A stretch of DNA of 43,162 nt from a virus (taxonomy: Duplodnaviria > Caudoviricetes). Position numbers and translations under genes: made by a program. The stretch lies in the IMG/VR virus record IMGVR_UViG_3300023095_000001, positions 1 through 43,162 of that record; one strand, given 5' to 3'. This document shows positions 1-8,439 of this stretch, one piece after another; the first letter of the stretch is position 1; every line of letters begins with the position of its first letter. Below the pieces are notes generated by a model. That model was not told where the DNA came from. It was given only the letters and a program-made list of their open reading frames with translations, and did not search any database.

Positions 1-116
1 ATTCATCGCATATTCATCGTCCTTAATTTCGGTAAAGTCAACCGGGTAGGCTTGCAGAAACCCGCCCATATCATAATCCCTGAAAAAGTTATCGTAATGC
101 TGAATTTTTACACCTG
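1..116. repeat. 116-bp direct repeat identical to the window end (circular assembly overlap)
   Basis: 1..116 (attcatcgca...tttacacctg) matches 43047..43162 exactly, and one reading frame runs across the junction. Confidence 0.97.
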
Positions 117-1530
117 AATTCGCTAATTGATACCAGAAATTAACCTCTTTTAAATCGTCATAAATCTTTTTGAAGTCAATCAAAAACGGTTTATCCGTGA
201 ATTGACGAATCCCGTACCCATTAAAAGCTATTTGGTCGTAATATCTGCCGCCTGGTTCAAATTCTGGAATCGAAACGCTTTGACCATTTATTGCTTTAAC
301 AGCCTGTTTGAACAAATCGCCATATCGAACACCTGAGATAACACTGTCAAATGCGGTTTGTGTTGCTGTGATTTGGAATGTAGACTTTTGAACCGACCAA
401 CTTGTGCGGGTGTTTAAGGTTGTGCCGTTTGAAACGTCCTGAAATATTACAGAAACTCCGCTACTCAAAAGCACGGTTAAAAATTCACCGAAATTGTAAC
501 CGCTGCTATCCGTTTCCCCTAAATGCTCAGTGTCCCAGGATAACGCCCAAATAATCGAAATGCAGTAGTCCTTTGGGCAATCCGGCAAATCAGCGTCCAA
601 AGTTTCAGGTAAGTGGAAGTTCTGGTTTGTGCGTCCGTACAATGACTTTTTATATATTTCCTGATTCCAAATTGCGCTGTCCGGCGTAAGTTCGTAAGGA
701 TCTAAAGAACAAAGCGCATAAACCCTGATAAAGCACTCGGATTGATCCGTTGAAGCAGGAAACGAAACCCTGTAAAAGAAATCAATATCTAAATCGAAAT
801 GTATTTTTACATTGGTGAGATTGGTTTGCGCCCGAATATATTTGAACTGTCGTCCAGCCGCTTGTGCATCACCAAAACCGCCCAACGCCTCAAACGGAAC
901 TAATGAATCCTCAATTCCGACCGTTGTTAAGTAAGTCGCCAAATTGAAATAAATACTACCCCCGGCCAATAACAGATAACTTTGCCTTTGCTCCCAAACA
1001 CTAACACCCGTAACGGGTTTTGCTTTCAAAAGCATTTTAATCGATTGCAGCGGTGTTATAGGCTTTCCGGAAATGTCCTTATTTGAATAAACATCAATTT
1101 GCGTAGTTTCCCGGCGCTTTATTTTGGCTCTTTCGGTATTCTGTACGACTTTGCATTTAATAGCATCTTTGCTAATTTCAGCACCTATAAAATCCAATGC
1201 TCCAATCGTTTTAAACGTTGATCCTTCCTCAACTTCAAACTCAATATCTGCGTTCCATCCGTATTTTTTATTGTACAATTCCAACCATTCAAAACCCATT
1301 GTCATTTCCATAACAACAGTACCGTCCGGCAAAACCTGTTCCTGTTCAGCGGGATCGAAAAAACCCCTGATAAATTTAATGTCAGTTGTTTCGCTTGCAA
1401 ATGAAATATTCATTCCGTAACCATCACGCTCGTTTGTGATTACCATTCCAGCATCGGCTTGCATCGGCTCGGTGATCCTTATGCGTCCTGGTTGCTCTTC
1501 ATTCTTAAAATTTAAGTGGAATATTTTCAT
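1..1530 (-). CDS. N-terminal part of a ~912-aa tail/baseplate structural protein continuing across the circular junction into 43046..41838
   Basis: ATG at 1530 overlaps the tape-measure stop (ATGA). The frame is open to base 1 (MKIFHLNFKNEEQPGRIRITEP...QHYDNFFRDYDMGGFLQ) and in frame with ORF 41838..43115. It lies directly downstream of the tape measure. Missed by the ORF track because it runs off the end. Confidence 0.85.
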   Translation of the reverse strand, partial: MKIFHLNFKNEEQPGRIRITEPMQADAGMVITNERDGYGMNISFASETTDIKFIRGFFDPAEQEQVLPDGTVVMEMTMGFEWLELYNKKYGWNADIEFEVEEGSTFKTIGALDFIGAEISKDAIKCKVVQNTERAKIKRRETTQIDVYSNKDISGKPITPLQSIKMLLKAKPVTGVSVWEQRQSYLLLAGGSIYFNLATYLTTVGIEDSLVPFEALGGFGDAQAAGRQFKYIRAQTNLTNVKIHFDLDIDFFYRVSFPASTDQSECFIRVYALCSLDPYELTPDSAIWNQEIYKKSLYGRTNQNFHLPETLDADLPDCPKDYCISIIWALSWDTEHLGETDSSGYNFGEFLTVLLSSGVSVIFQDVSNGTTLNTRTSWSVQKSTFQITATQTAFDSVISGVRYGDLFKQAVKAINGQSVSIPEFEPGGRYYDQIAFNGYGIRQFTDKPFLIDFKKIYDDLKEVNFWYQLANSGVKIQHYDNFFRDYDMGGFLQAYPVDFTEIKDDEYAMN

Positions 1531-4073
1531 TTGAATACTTGTCTGATATTTCTTGCGGCGCAATTGGCTTTGTACAATTTTTTATTCTTTACGATAATGT
1601 AAGATTTCATTTCACCGTCTGAAATTTCCATACCGCCTACGGGTTTGTTGTTTATTGATTCGGCTACATATCCCAATCCTGATAAAATACGATCCGTATC
1701 CAATGACGCTTGTTTTTTGTTTTCGTAAGAAATTACTCCTTGTAATGGCTCAATTCCTGATCCGAAAAGCACAGAATTTAAATATTGTTCCTGGTTCCAA
1801 GCGTTATAATCTGGGAAAATCTCAGTCCCTGCCGGAGCGTTCATAATTACGTTTTTACCCTGTGGCTTAAATACTTTACCGTCAGGTGTTCTTACGACCT
1901 CTCTAAAATTAGAACCTTTTCTGCCGTGCGGATCGTCGTTTACCATCATTTTACCACCTGTATGGATTCCACCTTCCCAATACTGAGGGATTTGCTGAGC
2001 ATTAACCGCCGCTAATTGTATGGCTCCCGTTACTACCGCCAAAGCCGCTAAGGCAATACCAGCAACACCGCCAGGATTAGCGAATGCGGATATTACAGCC
2101 TGTGCTGTGTCGATTATAATGTTGAACTTGGCAATTTCTTTTTGTGCCTTTAATTCTCGTTTCTGAATTGCAATTTTTCTTTGCTCAGCATCCCGTTCAA
2201 CCTGTGCTTTTGCAGCATCACTTTCTCCGGCAAATTCAATTGCGATAGTTTTTTGACTTTCTAACCTTTGGTATTCGGCATCGAAATTCTGTTGGCTTGC
2301 CGAATTTATTAAATTGAACATTTCCTGAAACGCTTCGGTTGTAGCCAATGCCGTTGTAGCTGCATCAATACCGAAACCTTTTATTTCGTCACGCAATATT
2401 TTAAACAATGTTGGAAGTCCTGCCTGTGAGAAAAAACCTTCTGAAAACTGATCCGTGAAAGAGTTTAAAATCTCTTTCATTTTCTCCAAACTTTTGTTTG
2501 TGGCTTCAATCTCTTTTTGACCTTTTGCCAAACCGGAAACATCTGCTTTTATAACTTTTCCAGGATCTGTTATTAGACTTATAGATTGTCTTAATCCGTC
2601 AATAACATTTTGGAAGTTTTTATACTCTTGCGAGGTATCCGAAACTTCTTTTTGCGCTTCGGTGAATATTCTAACCTGATCTTCCAATACTTGCAAAAAG
2701 GACTTGTTTTGCTCCAATGTATTCACCAATTGAACATCATCACGTTTGGCTCTTTCGGATTTTTCTTTTTTGACTTTCTCGGCTTTATAATCCAATCCAA
2801 TAGCTTCTTTTTGATCCACTAAAGCTCGTTTAGTCAACTGCTCGCTAAAAGCATTAGCCTGGTTTATTTCTTTTTGGTTATTAAGTACTTTTTTCTGCAA
2901 TTCCTCAACACTTCCGATTGCCTGTACTGCCCGAAAAGCATTTCCTTCACCACGTTGTAAATCTGCTTTATTTGCGTTGGCTGTTGCTGCGTTTCGGCTT
3001 ATAATTGCCGCTTGTAATTCTCTTTCAAGTTTTATCTTTTCGGTTTGCAAATCGATAACCTTTGCCTCGTTTTCGGTTATTTTTGCGACAATTGCGTTTG
3101 CTCTGGCTCTGGCCAAAATAGCCAAGGTAAGTTCTTTTTCAGCAGCCGCCGTTTCCCCGGCAAGTATTTGCTCCCTAGTTAAGTTCTCAAAGTAGAAAGG
3201 ATATTGCTGTATCAGATTATCGACTGCGATATTTCTTTCTTTGTAAGATAAATTTACGTCACGGGCAATTTCTAAATTAGCTTTTAAAGAATTCAGTTCT
3301 TCAACAGTTGATTTTTGTGACTCAATAGTAGCGTCTTTAAATGCTTTTTGTGCTTCAGCAAGTCCGCTTAACGTTTTTTTGAATAAATCTAATTTAGAAA
3401 TGTACTCGATAATCGGCTCGGTTGCAAATCCAATAATTCCGGCAACGCCCAGACCTGGCAAAATGTATGCTAATTGTTTAACGCTTGAAAATATAGTACC
3501 GAATCCCTTTGCGATACCGCTTGAATAATTACCTACATTTCTCTGAAAATCTCCTGCAACTTTATCAGCCGCCCTGATACGCCCGTCCAATCCTGCAAAT
3601 TCGGCTTCCAGTCGTTTGACCTGTACGCTTTCTTCGCCAAACGCAATAGCTGTATCTTTGATATTTTTCTTCAAAACTAACAACTGAGCCGATGCCTTTG
3701 CATAAGCACCGCCCAACAATGTATTTGCCCTAAAATTACGATCGGTTTCAGCTCTTAATATCTGTTTTGCAATAGACTGATCCCTGTCATTGTTAATGAC
3801 TTGACGCTGTTGCGCTGCGTGAGCAACTAATTTGGTGTTTAGAGTCGATATTGCAGCGGACTGTTTGTTGGTTTCGGTAACCACGCTTGCATTACTGACC
3901 GCATTACTTTTTAAATCACCAGGCGTTTTAATATTCGTAATGTTCCGACTTGCCGCCAATGCAGAAGCAGAAACTTTTAATAAAGCCTCGTCCGCTGCTG
4001 TTAATTTGGTAATTAATTGGTCAACCTGGTCTAAGGCTTTCTTTTCAATGGTTGTATCTACTGTATTTGCCAT
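1527..4073 (-). CDS. tail tape measure protein
   Basis: 848 aa, Ala/Glu/Lys-rich helical protein with hydrophobic Gly/Ala patches, an RNVGNY motif and C-terminal PQYWEGG; follows the tail genes. Confidence 0.85.
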   Translation of the reverse strand: MANTVDTTIEKKALDQVDQLITKLTAADEALLKVSASALAASRNITNIKTPGDLKSNAVSNASVVTETNKQSAAISTLNTKLVAHAAQQRQVINNDRDQSIAKQILRAETDRNFRANTLLGGAYAKASAQLLVLKKNIKDTAIAFGEESVQVKRLEAEFAGLDGRIRAADKVAGDFQRNVGNYSSGIAKGFGTIFSSVKQLAYILPGLGVAGIIGFATEPIIEYISKLDLFKKTLSGLAEAQKAFKDATIESQKSTVEELNSLKANLEIARDVNLSYKERNIAVDNLIQQYPFYFENLTREQILAGETAAAEKELTLAILARARANAIVAKITENEAKVIDLQTEKIKLERELQAAIISRNAATANANKADLQRGEGNAFRAVQAIGSVEELQKKVLNNQKEINQANAFSEQLTKRALVDQKEAIGLDYKAEKVKKEKSERAKRDDVQLVNTLEQNKSFLQVLEDQVRIFTEAQKEVSDTSQEYKNFQNVIDGLRQSISLITDPGKVIKADVSGLAKGQKEIEATNKSLEKMKEILNSFTDQFSEGFFSQAGLPTLFKILRDEIKGFGIDAATTALATTEAFQEMFNLINSASQQNFDAEYQRLESQKTIAIEFAGESDAAKAQVERDAEQRKIAIQKRELKAQKEIAKFNIIIDTAQAVISAFANPGGVAGIALAALAVVTGAIQLAAVNAQQIPQYWEGGIHTGGKMMVNDDPHGRKGSNFREVVRTPDGKVFKPQGKNVIMNAPAGTEIFPDYNAWNQEQYLNSVLFGSGIEPLQGVISYENKKQASLDTDRILSGLGYVAESINNKPVGGMEISDGEMKSYIIVKNKKLYKANCAARNIRQVFK

Positions 4074-4076
4074 TGC

Positions 4077-4739
4077 TTAGTTTTTTTTAGCTTTTTCACG
4101 CATTAACTCACCTAAATCTAGCCATTTACGCACGGTTATTTTCCTGGAGTCTATTTCATATCCTAACTGCAAAGCAGACGAAATAATCACCAATTGTTTG
4201 TACAATGACAATGTTTGTTTTGAGCCTTCTTTTTGAAGTTCGTCATTGATTAACGCAATGGCGGTTTTGATTCCAGGCAATTGAGCCGCTACGTTATTCA
4301 ACTGTTCAAAATCCTCTGCGGGAGTAGCAAAATTATGATAAGGCATTTTGTACTTCCAATCTTTAATCTGCTGCACCATCATATAACGAATTCGCTGCTG
4401 ATCGACAGAAGCACCAAATCCTAAACGCATACGCTCAACCAAAGCTGATACAACGGTATATTTTGTTTGTAGATTGTCGATTTTGGCAAGGCGTTGGATA
4501 AATGTTTGAAAAGCCTGGTCGTTGGTTGCTTTGTAATATTCATCATTAATTTTTTCCTCGAACGGTTTTATTAAATGATGATCCAATTTCTTTTCTTTTC
4601 CGGTGTACGTTTTCAAAAACCAATTATTGTCATTGGTTTTCCTGTACATATCAAAATTGTACAAAATCATATCATCGATCGATAAAAATACGTCTTCTAT
4701 ACTTAATTTCGGCTGTGGTTTTCTACCTGTGTACTCCAT
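4077..4739 (-). CDS. probable tail assembly chaperone
   Basis: 220-aa helical protein immediately upstream of the tape measure; call rests on position only. Confidence 0.5.
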   Translation of the reverse strand: MEYTGRKPQPKLSIEDVFLSIDDMILYNFDMYRKTNDNNWFLKTYTGKEKKLDHHLIKPFEEKINDEYYKATNDQAFQTFIQRLAKIDNLQTKYTVVSALVERMRLGFGASVDQQRIRYMMVQQIKDWKYKMPYHNFATPAEDFEQLNNVAAQLPGIKTAIALINDELQKEGSKQTLSLYKQLVIISSALQLGYEIDSRKITVRKWLDLGELMREKAKKN

Positions 4740-5177
4740 TTATCCGATGTGTTTATTTATGAAATCCTGCAATTCAGGTTTGATTATTTCGTAGTTATAG
4801 TAAGGCTGATTCTCTTTTGTGATACCGAAGATATTACTCCCGTTATCGTCCTGCAATTCGCTGCTTTTTGAATCCCTGGAGAATATTGTTATTGTGTTGT
4901 TCCGGTTTAGTAAATCAAATCCCCTGTAAAAATCCCCTGTATCCAACAACGTGCGCCTATTGTAAACTTCGCCCTTTGAGCGTTTTATTTTTATGGTTTT
5001 CGCAGCGTACGGTTTTAGCATTTCACCGTCAGAATTTATCCCTTTTTCAAATAATTGCATTTCCCGGTTAATATCCAGAATCTTGTCTTTGTTGCGGTCT
5101 ATAATAGCGGTAACTTCTCCGGGTATTCCTTCCTTAACAAACTTCGCTTTATCCAATAAATCCCGAATCGTTCCCAT
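4740..5177 (-). CDS. neck/tail-completion protein (HK97 gp10-like)
   Basis: PYAAKTIKIKRSKG...TLLDTGDFY motif typical of tail-completion proteins; position in the tail cluster. Confidence 0.6.
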   Translation of the reverse strand: MGTIRDLLDKAKFVKEGIPGEVTAIIDRNKDKILDINREMQLFEKGINSDGEMLKPYAAKTIKIKRSKGEVYNRRTLLDTGDFYRGFDLLNRNNTITIFSRDSKSSELQDDNGSNIFGITKENQPYYNYEIIKPELQDFINKHIG

Positions 5178-5181
5178 AATC

Positions 5182-5189
5182 CAAAGATA
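5182..5189 (-). promoter_or_regulatory. Bacteroidota -7 box TATCTTTG, 4 nt before ATG (near-leaderless transcript)
   Basis: Matches TAnnTTTG and directly follows a terminator U-tract. Confidence 0.55.
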
Positions 5190-5191
5190 TT

Positions 5192-5219
5192 AAAAAAGCC
5201 GCCACAAAATGCAGCGGCT
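5192..5219 (-). terminator. intrinsic terminator
   Basis: AGCCGC-loop-GCGGCT stem followed by a T run on the minus strand. Confidence 0.75.
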
Positions 5220-5242
5220 CTGATAAACTAACCCAATTATTT

Positions 5243-5692
5243 TTATCTGTAAATACGAACTTCAATTGGAGTATTTACCAACATATCATTTTCTAAAGCT
5301 GCGTTAACCAGATTGTAAGTGAATACCGTTACGGTGGTTCCTGTGATCGAATACCCCCAAAGCAGTTGTTTTGCTGCCGATGTTTTTGGAGACAAAATAA
5401 TGTTTGTTTTCTCAACATCCAATCCTGATATTGAAATAGCAAATTTTCCAACTGTTGCATAGCCAAAGGCGGGTGTAACAGCAAGTCCATTTAATACCCC
5501 GGTAGCTATAGGCGCGGCCGTGCCTGTTTGGTTCAATACTGCAAAATAAGAATCGAATCTTACTTGCTGATCTACGTAGTCGGCAACAGACTTAATAGGG
5601 TTTCCTATTTCTGCTCCAGTCGTAATGCTGTCTGGCTCTGTTTTATTCGTAATTGCAGTGTCGATAATTGTATTTAATTCCTCTCGTGTCAT
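5243..5692 (-). CDS. putative tail decoration/short fibre protein
   Basis: 149 aa; helical N-terminus (TIIDTAITNKTEPDSIT...IKSVADYVD) plus a beta-rich C-domain; directly after the major tail gene. Confidence 0.5.
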   Translation of the reverse strand: MTREELNTIIDTAITNKTEPDSITTGAEIGNPIKSVADYVDQQVRFDSYFAVLNQTGTAAPIATGVLNGLAVTPAFGYATVGKFAISISGLDVEKTNIILSPKTSAAKQLLWGYSITGTTVTVFTYNLVNAALENDMLVNTPIEVRIYR

Positions 5693-5715
5693 TTTGTTTT
5701 GTTATTAAATTAATA

Positions 5716-5780
5716 ATCCGATGTGAAAAGATTCTAATCATAAGCTTCACCACTACAACTCAAAACTTTTCACATCGGAT
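5716..5780. repeat. 15-bp perfect inverted repeat with a 35-nt loop
   Basis: atccgatgtgaaaag (5716-5730) / cttttcacatcggat (5766-5780). Confidence 0.9.
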
Positions 5781-5818
5781 ATTTTTTTGTATTAAGCTTT
5801 TAGTTTAAGTTAAATCCC

Positions 5819-5863
5819 TTAACCGTAAACACCACCAAATACGCCCGAGTAGACCCCGGAATC
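5819..5863 (-). other. in-frame extension DSGVYSGVFGGVYG* behind the TGA of the major tail gene (candidate readthrough)
   Basis: ...GCG TGA GAT TCC GGG GTC TAC TCG GGC GTA TTT GGT GGT GTT TAC GGT TAA. Confidence 0.65.
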
Positions 5864-6811
5864 TCACGCGCTAGCCAATGCGCTTGCTTCGTTTGATTTC
5901 GCCAGTCCGAAGTTAGGAGTTACGATAATCGGCACGCCCAAAGCAGCATCCCACAATTTAACCGAATAAATGCTTCCGGCAACTGCTGCGGGAACGGTTA
6001 GCGTGACGGTTTTATCTGTATTGTTGTAAACTGCGGTTCCTGTAGCGGTCACGGTTGTGGTTACTCCGGCTGTTGTTTTCTGAACTAAAAAGTCAGCAAG
6101 CAATAAGCCTTCAACCAAATGCGTTCTGTCTTTCAATAGCGGCGTAAACACCAATGTAGTGGCTCCGGCAACAACAGGATTTAAGGTGATTTCAACATCA
6201 TTTACACCATCCAAATCACTTGGCGAGTAATCGAGTTCATCGGCAGTAATCCACGTTTGGCGATCCATGTCCTTGAAGTCAGCAATTTGCAAGGTCAAAA
6301 CCTGACCAGAAGCGTTAACACCGTCTTTTCCAACGTATTTACCCGTTTGCATCATCGCAAGGTTAAACCCGCGCACAACTCCTGATTTCGTTTGAGTGAA
6401 GATTTTGTTCCCTTCAGTATCATATAAAGCCAAAGCGTACTGTCCGTTGCTGTTCATTGAGCGAAGTGCTTTCCAGAAGTTAACGCCGTTGTCAAAGGTG
6501 ATGTTGTATTCGTATGGGTTTTCTCCGGCCACAACTTTTAATCCTGATCCTTCACGTGTGATGATATTCGGATCTGCGGTAGCATCTACAAAAGAAACCA
6601 CGTTTTGCGCAATAATTAAATTGCCTTTTTGCTGTTGCTCCTGAATATAAGCCAACGACTTCCCTTCGTACTTGAAACCGATCTTTGAAAATTCCAAAGT
6701 CTTAATCCGGCTCCAATCGAATTTACAACCAGCCTGTCCGGTTCCAAAGATGTCACCGCCATCACAATTCACAACATTTAAGCTGTCTAATAATTCTTGT
6801 AATTCGTCCAT
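5864..6811 (-). CDS. major tail (tube) protein with a C-terminal Ig-like extension
   Basis: 315 aa; N-terminal C..GTGQAGC, beta-rich body and Thr/Val-rich C-domain; follows the head-tail joining genes. Confidence 0.75.
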   Translation of the reverse strand: MDELQELLDSLNVVNCDGGDIFGTGQAGCKFDWSRIKTLEFSKIGFKYEGKSLAYIQEQQQKGNLIIAQNVVSFVDATADPNIITREGSGLKVVAGENPYEYNITFDNGVNFWKALRSMNSNGQYALALYDTEGNKIFTQTKSGVVRGFNLAMMQTGKYVGKDGVNASGQVLTLQIADFKDMDRQTWITADELDYSPSDLDGVNDVEITLNPVVAGATTLVFTPLLKDRTHLVEGLLLADFLVQKTTAGVTTTVTATGTAVYNNTDKTVTLTVPAAVAGSIYSVKLWDAALGVPIIVTPNFGLAKSNEASALASA

Positions 6812-7002
6812 TACTTGATGTGTTTAGATTGTTTTAAACTATCAATTTGTTTTTGTTCATTCAAAGCAATAGTGTGACCTGGCAGATAGTTTTTGCCGTC
6901 AACTAATATTTCTTTAGTTACTTTGAAATTACGTCCCTTTGGCGCTGCCTCGGTCTGTGTTTCTTGCGGCTGCTCTTTTGCAGTCGGTGTATTTTTTTTC
7001 AT
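6811..7002 (-). CDS. small hypothetical virion-associated protein (start probably MKKNTP at 7002)
   Basis: ATG with A-rich upstream context; DGKNYLPGHTI motif; this start avoids overlap with the upstream gene. Confidence 0.55.
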   Translation of the reverse strand: MKKNTPTAKEQPQETQTEAAPKGRNFKVTKEILVDGKNYLPGHTIALNEQKQIDSLKQSKHIK

Positions 7003-7006
7003 TTGA

Positions 7007-7507
7007 TTAGAATTTAATTGTGTGAATGCAACGATCATTTATAATCATCGGATTCGTTAGCTCGATTCTCACAGCGTCCCAAATATCAATCTGTGGGTTT
7101 TCATCTTTTGGATCATTCCCGTAATTCGGGTAATTAGTCATTGTGTATTGACCGTCCCATTGAGTTATACCGCTTCGATTAAAACACTTTTCAATATTTG
7201 AAACCATCGGATAAAGGATGTTTTGGTAACTCATTGCCCACCTGTTTTCATTCAACAGGCTAACATCAGCATTCTGGCAAGCAATAATTAAAACCAAACG
7301 CGCAGAGGCTTCGTTTTTAATCGTGTTTTGTGTTGATGTTTCGCTTAACTGATAAATCAATGGATAAGGCGTTTTGTTATTCTCAGAAAACCTTTTAATA
7401 ATAGCGTTCAGATGCTTGGTGTCGCCCCATTTGTAAACAGGCTTAAACCCATCAATCTCCGGCAATTGGTCAAACACTTCTGTAAGTCTGTTTTCAAGGA
7501 TTATCAT
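7007..7507 (-). CDS. tail terminator-like / head-tail joining protein
   Basis: 166 aa with YPLIY motif; lies between the adaptor and major tail genes. Confidence 0.55.
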   Translation of the reverse strand: MIILENRLTEVFDQLPEIDGFKPVYKWGDTKHLNAIIKRFSENNKTPYPLIYQLSETSTQNTIKNEASARLVLIIACQNADVSLLNENRWAMSYQNILYPMVSNIEKCFNRSGITQWDGQYTMTNYPNYGNDPKDENPQIDIWDAVRIELTNPMIINDRCIHTIKF

Positions 7508-8169
7508 AGTCCGAAGGAGTTAATAATACCCGATCCGGTTGAAGCGTTTGGTACGGTAAAGAATGAATTATCATAAACATCCGAATTGTCCTGCAAAAAC
7601 TGATACAGGGTAATTTCGTTGTTGTTTGTGAATCCACCCCAGCGCATACCCATTCCATTCCAATTGGTAAAGAAAGTGTAATTGCGTCCGTTTCTATTGC
7701 CGCCAACCATTCTGATAAACTCGTTCCAGGCTTTCGTTTGCGCAACGTTCGGATCTTGTCTTGTGCTGTTTTCTGCTTCAGGAACTTGCATTCCTGTATT
7801 TGAGTAAGTCCTGAAATCCTGACCCAGATAGTAAAAGAACACGTAATAAGCGATTAGGCTTACTTTTTTTGTTCCAATAGCATATCTTAGTCCGTTCCAT
7901 TTTTTACCATCATAAACAACACCATCAACAAAGTCTTTCCATTTTTGCAAAGCGGTTTCCTTCCAAGCGCCGCCCTCTTCAAACTGATCGTAAAGTTCTG
8001 CAACTTGCGTTTGTCCTACAAAAGACAACAACAGCTCATACTCCCTTTGGTCGATTTCCTGCTCCAATAAAGAAACATTCGAGGGTGCCGAGCTTCCGAT
8101 TGACGGCTGCGCAACTACTCCCGGAATGAAAACCGATTTGTTTGTGAAGTATGTGCTGTTGATAATCAT
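7504..8169 (-). CDS. head-tail adaptor/connector protein
   Basis: 221 aa after the capsid; MIINSTYF...WNGL...SLIAYYVFFYY pattern of Bacteroidota phage adaptors. Confidence 0.6.
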   Translation of the reverse strand: MIINSTYFTNKSVFIPGVVAQPSIGSSAPSNVSLLEQEIDQREYELLLSFVGQTQVAELYDQFEEGGAWKETALQKWKDFVDGVVYDGKKWNGLRYAIGTKKVSLIAYYVFFYYLGQDFRTYSNTGMQVPEAENSTRQDPNVAQTKAWNEFIRMVGGNRNGRNYTFFTNWNGMGMRWGGFTNNNEITLYQFLQDNSDVYDNSFFTVPNASTGSGIINSFGL

Positions 8170-8172
8170 TTG

Positions 8173-8415
8173 TTATTTCTGAACTTTTTCAACGTTTACG
8201 ATTTGCTCAGTTTCTCTTTCCTGAACTTTAACACCTTCTTTTGCTTTTGTAGCAACTTTCTTGTCGATAAGTTTCTGGCCATGAATCTTGTGTACAAGTT
8301 CCGGTTTTTTCAACACATCATCGTTCAAAACGATAACCATGTAATCAGATTCTTTATCGAAAGTAGCCTTTCCGACTGCGTTGTGGTCTTTTTCTTCCAA
8401 TTCAAACTTTGGCAT
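8173..8415 (-). CDS. hypothetical protein after the major capsid gene
   Basis: 80-aa ORF tightly packed in the head operon. Confidence 0.7.
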   Translation of the reverse strand: MPKFELEEKDHNAVGKATFDKESDYMVIVLNDDVLKKPELVHKIHGQKLIDKKVATKAKEGVKVQERETEQIVNVEKVQK

Positions 8416-8439
8416 TTTTTTACGTTTTTAGATTAATAA

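Noticed and set aside
1-116. 116-bp end repeat as a biological terminal repeat or att site
   Set aside because: It lies inside a continuous tail gene and is best explained as a circular assembly overlap; the real termini cannot be inferred from it
4077-4739. Tail assembly chaperone G/GT programmed frameshift
   Set aside because: A single ORF fills the space up to the tape measure; I found no second overlapping frame or convincing slippery site
5845-5866. UGA plus stem-loop as a selenocysteine (SECIS) signal or genome-wide UGA reassignment
   Set aside because: There is no redox-motif context and no sel or suppressor tRNA genes, and other TGA codons act as normal stops (ATGA overlaps, e.g. 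at 1527, 20346, 28201); local leaky readthrough is more parsimonious
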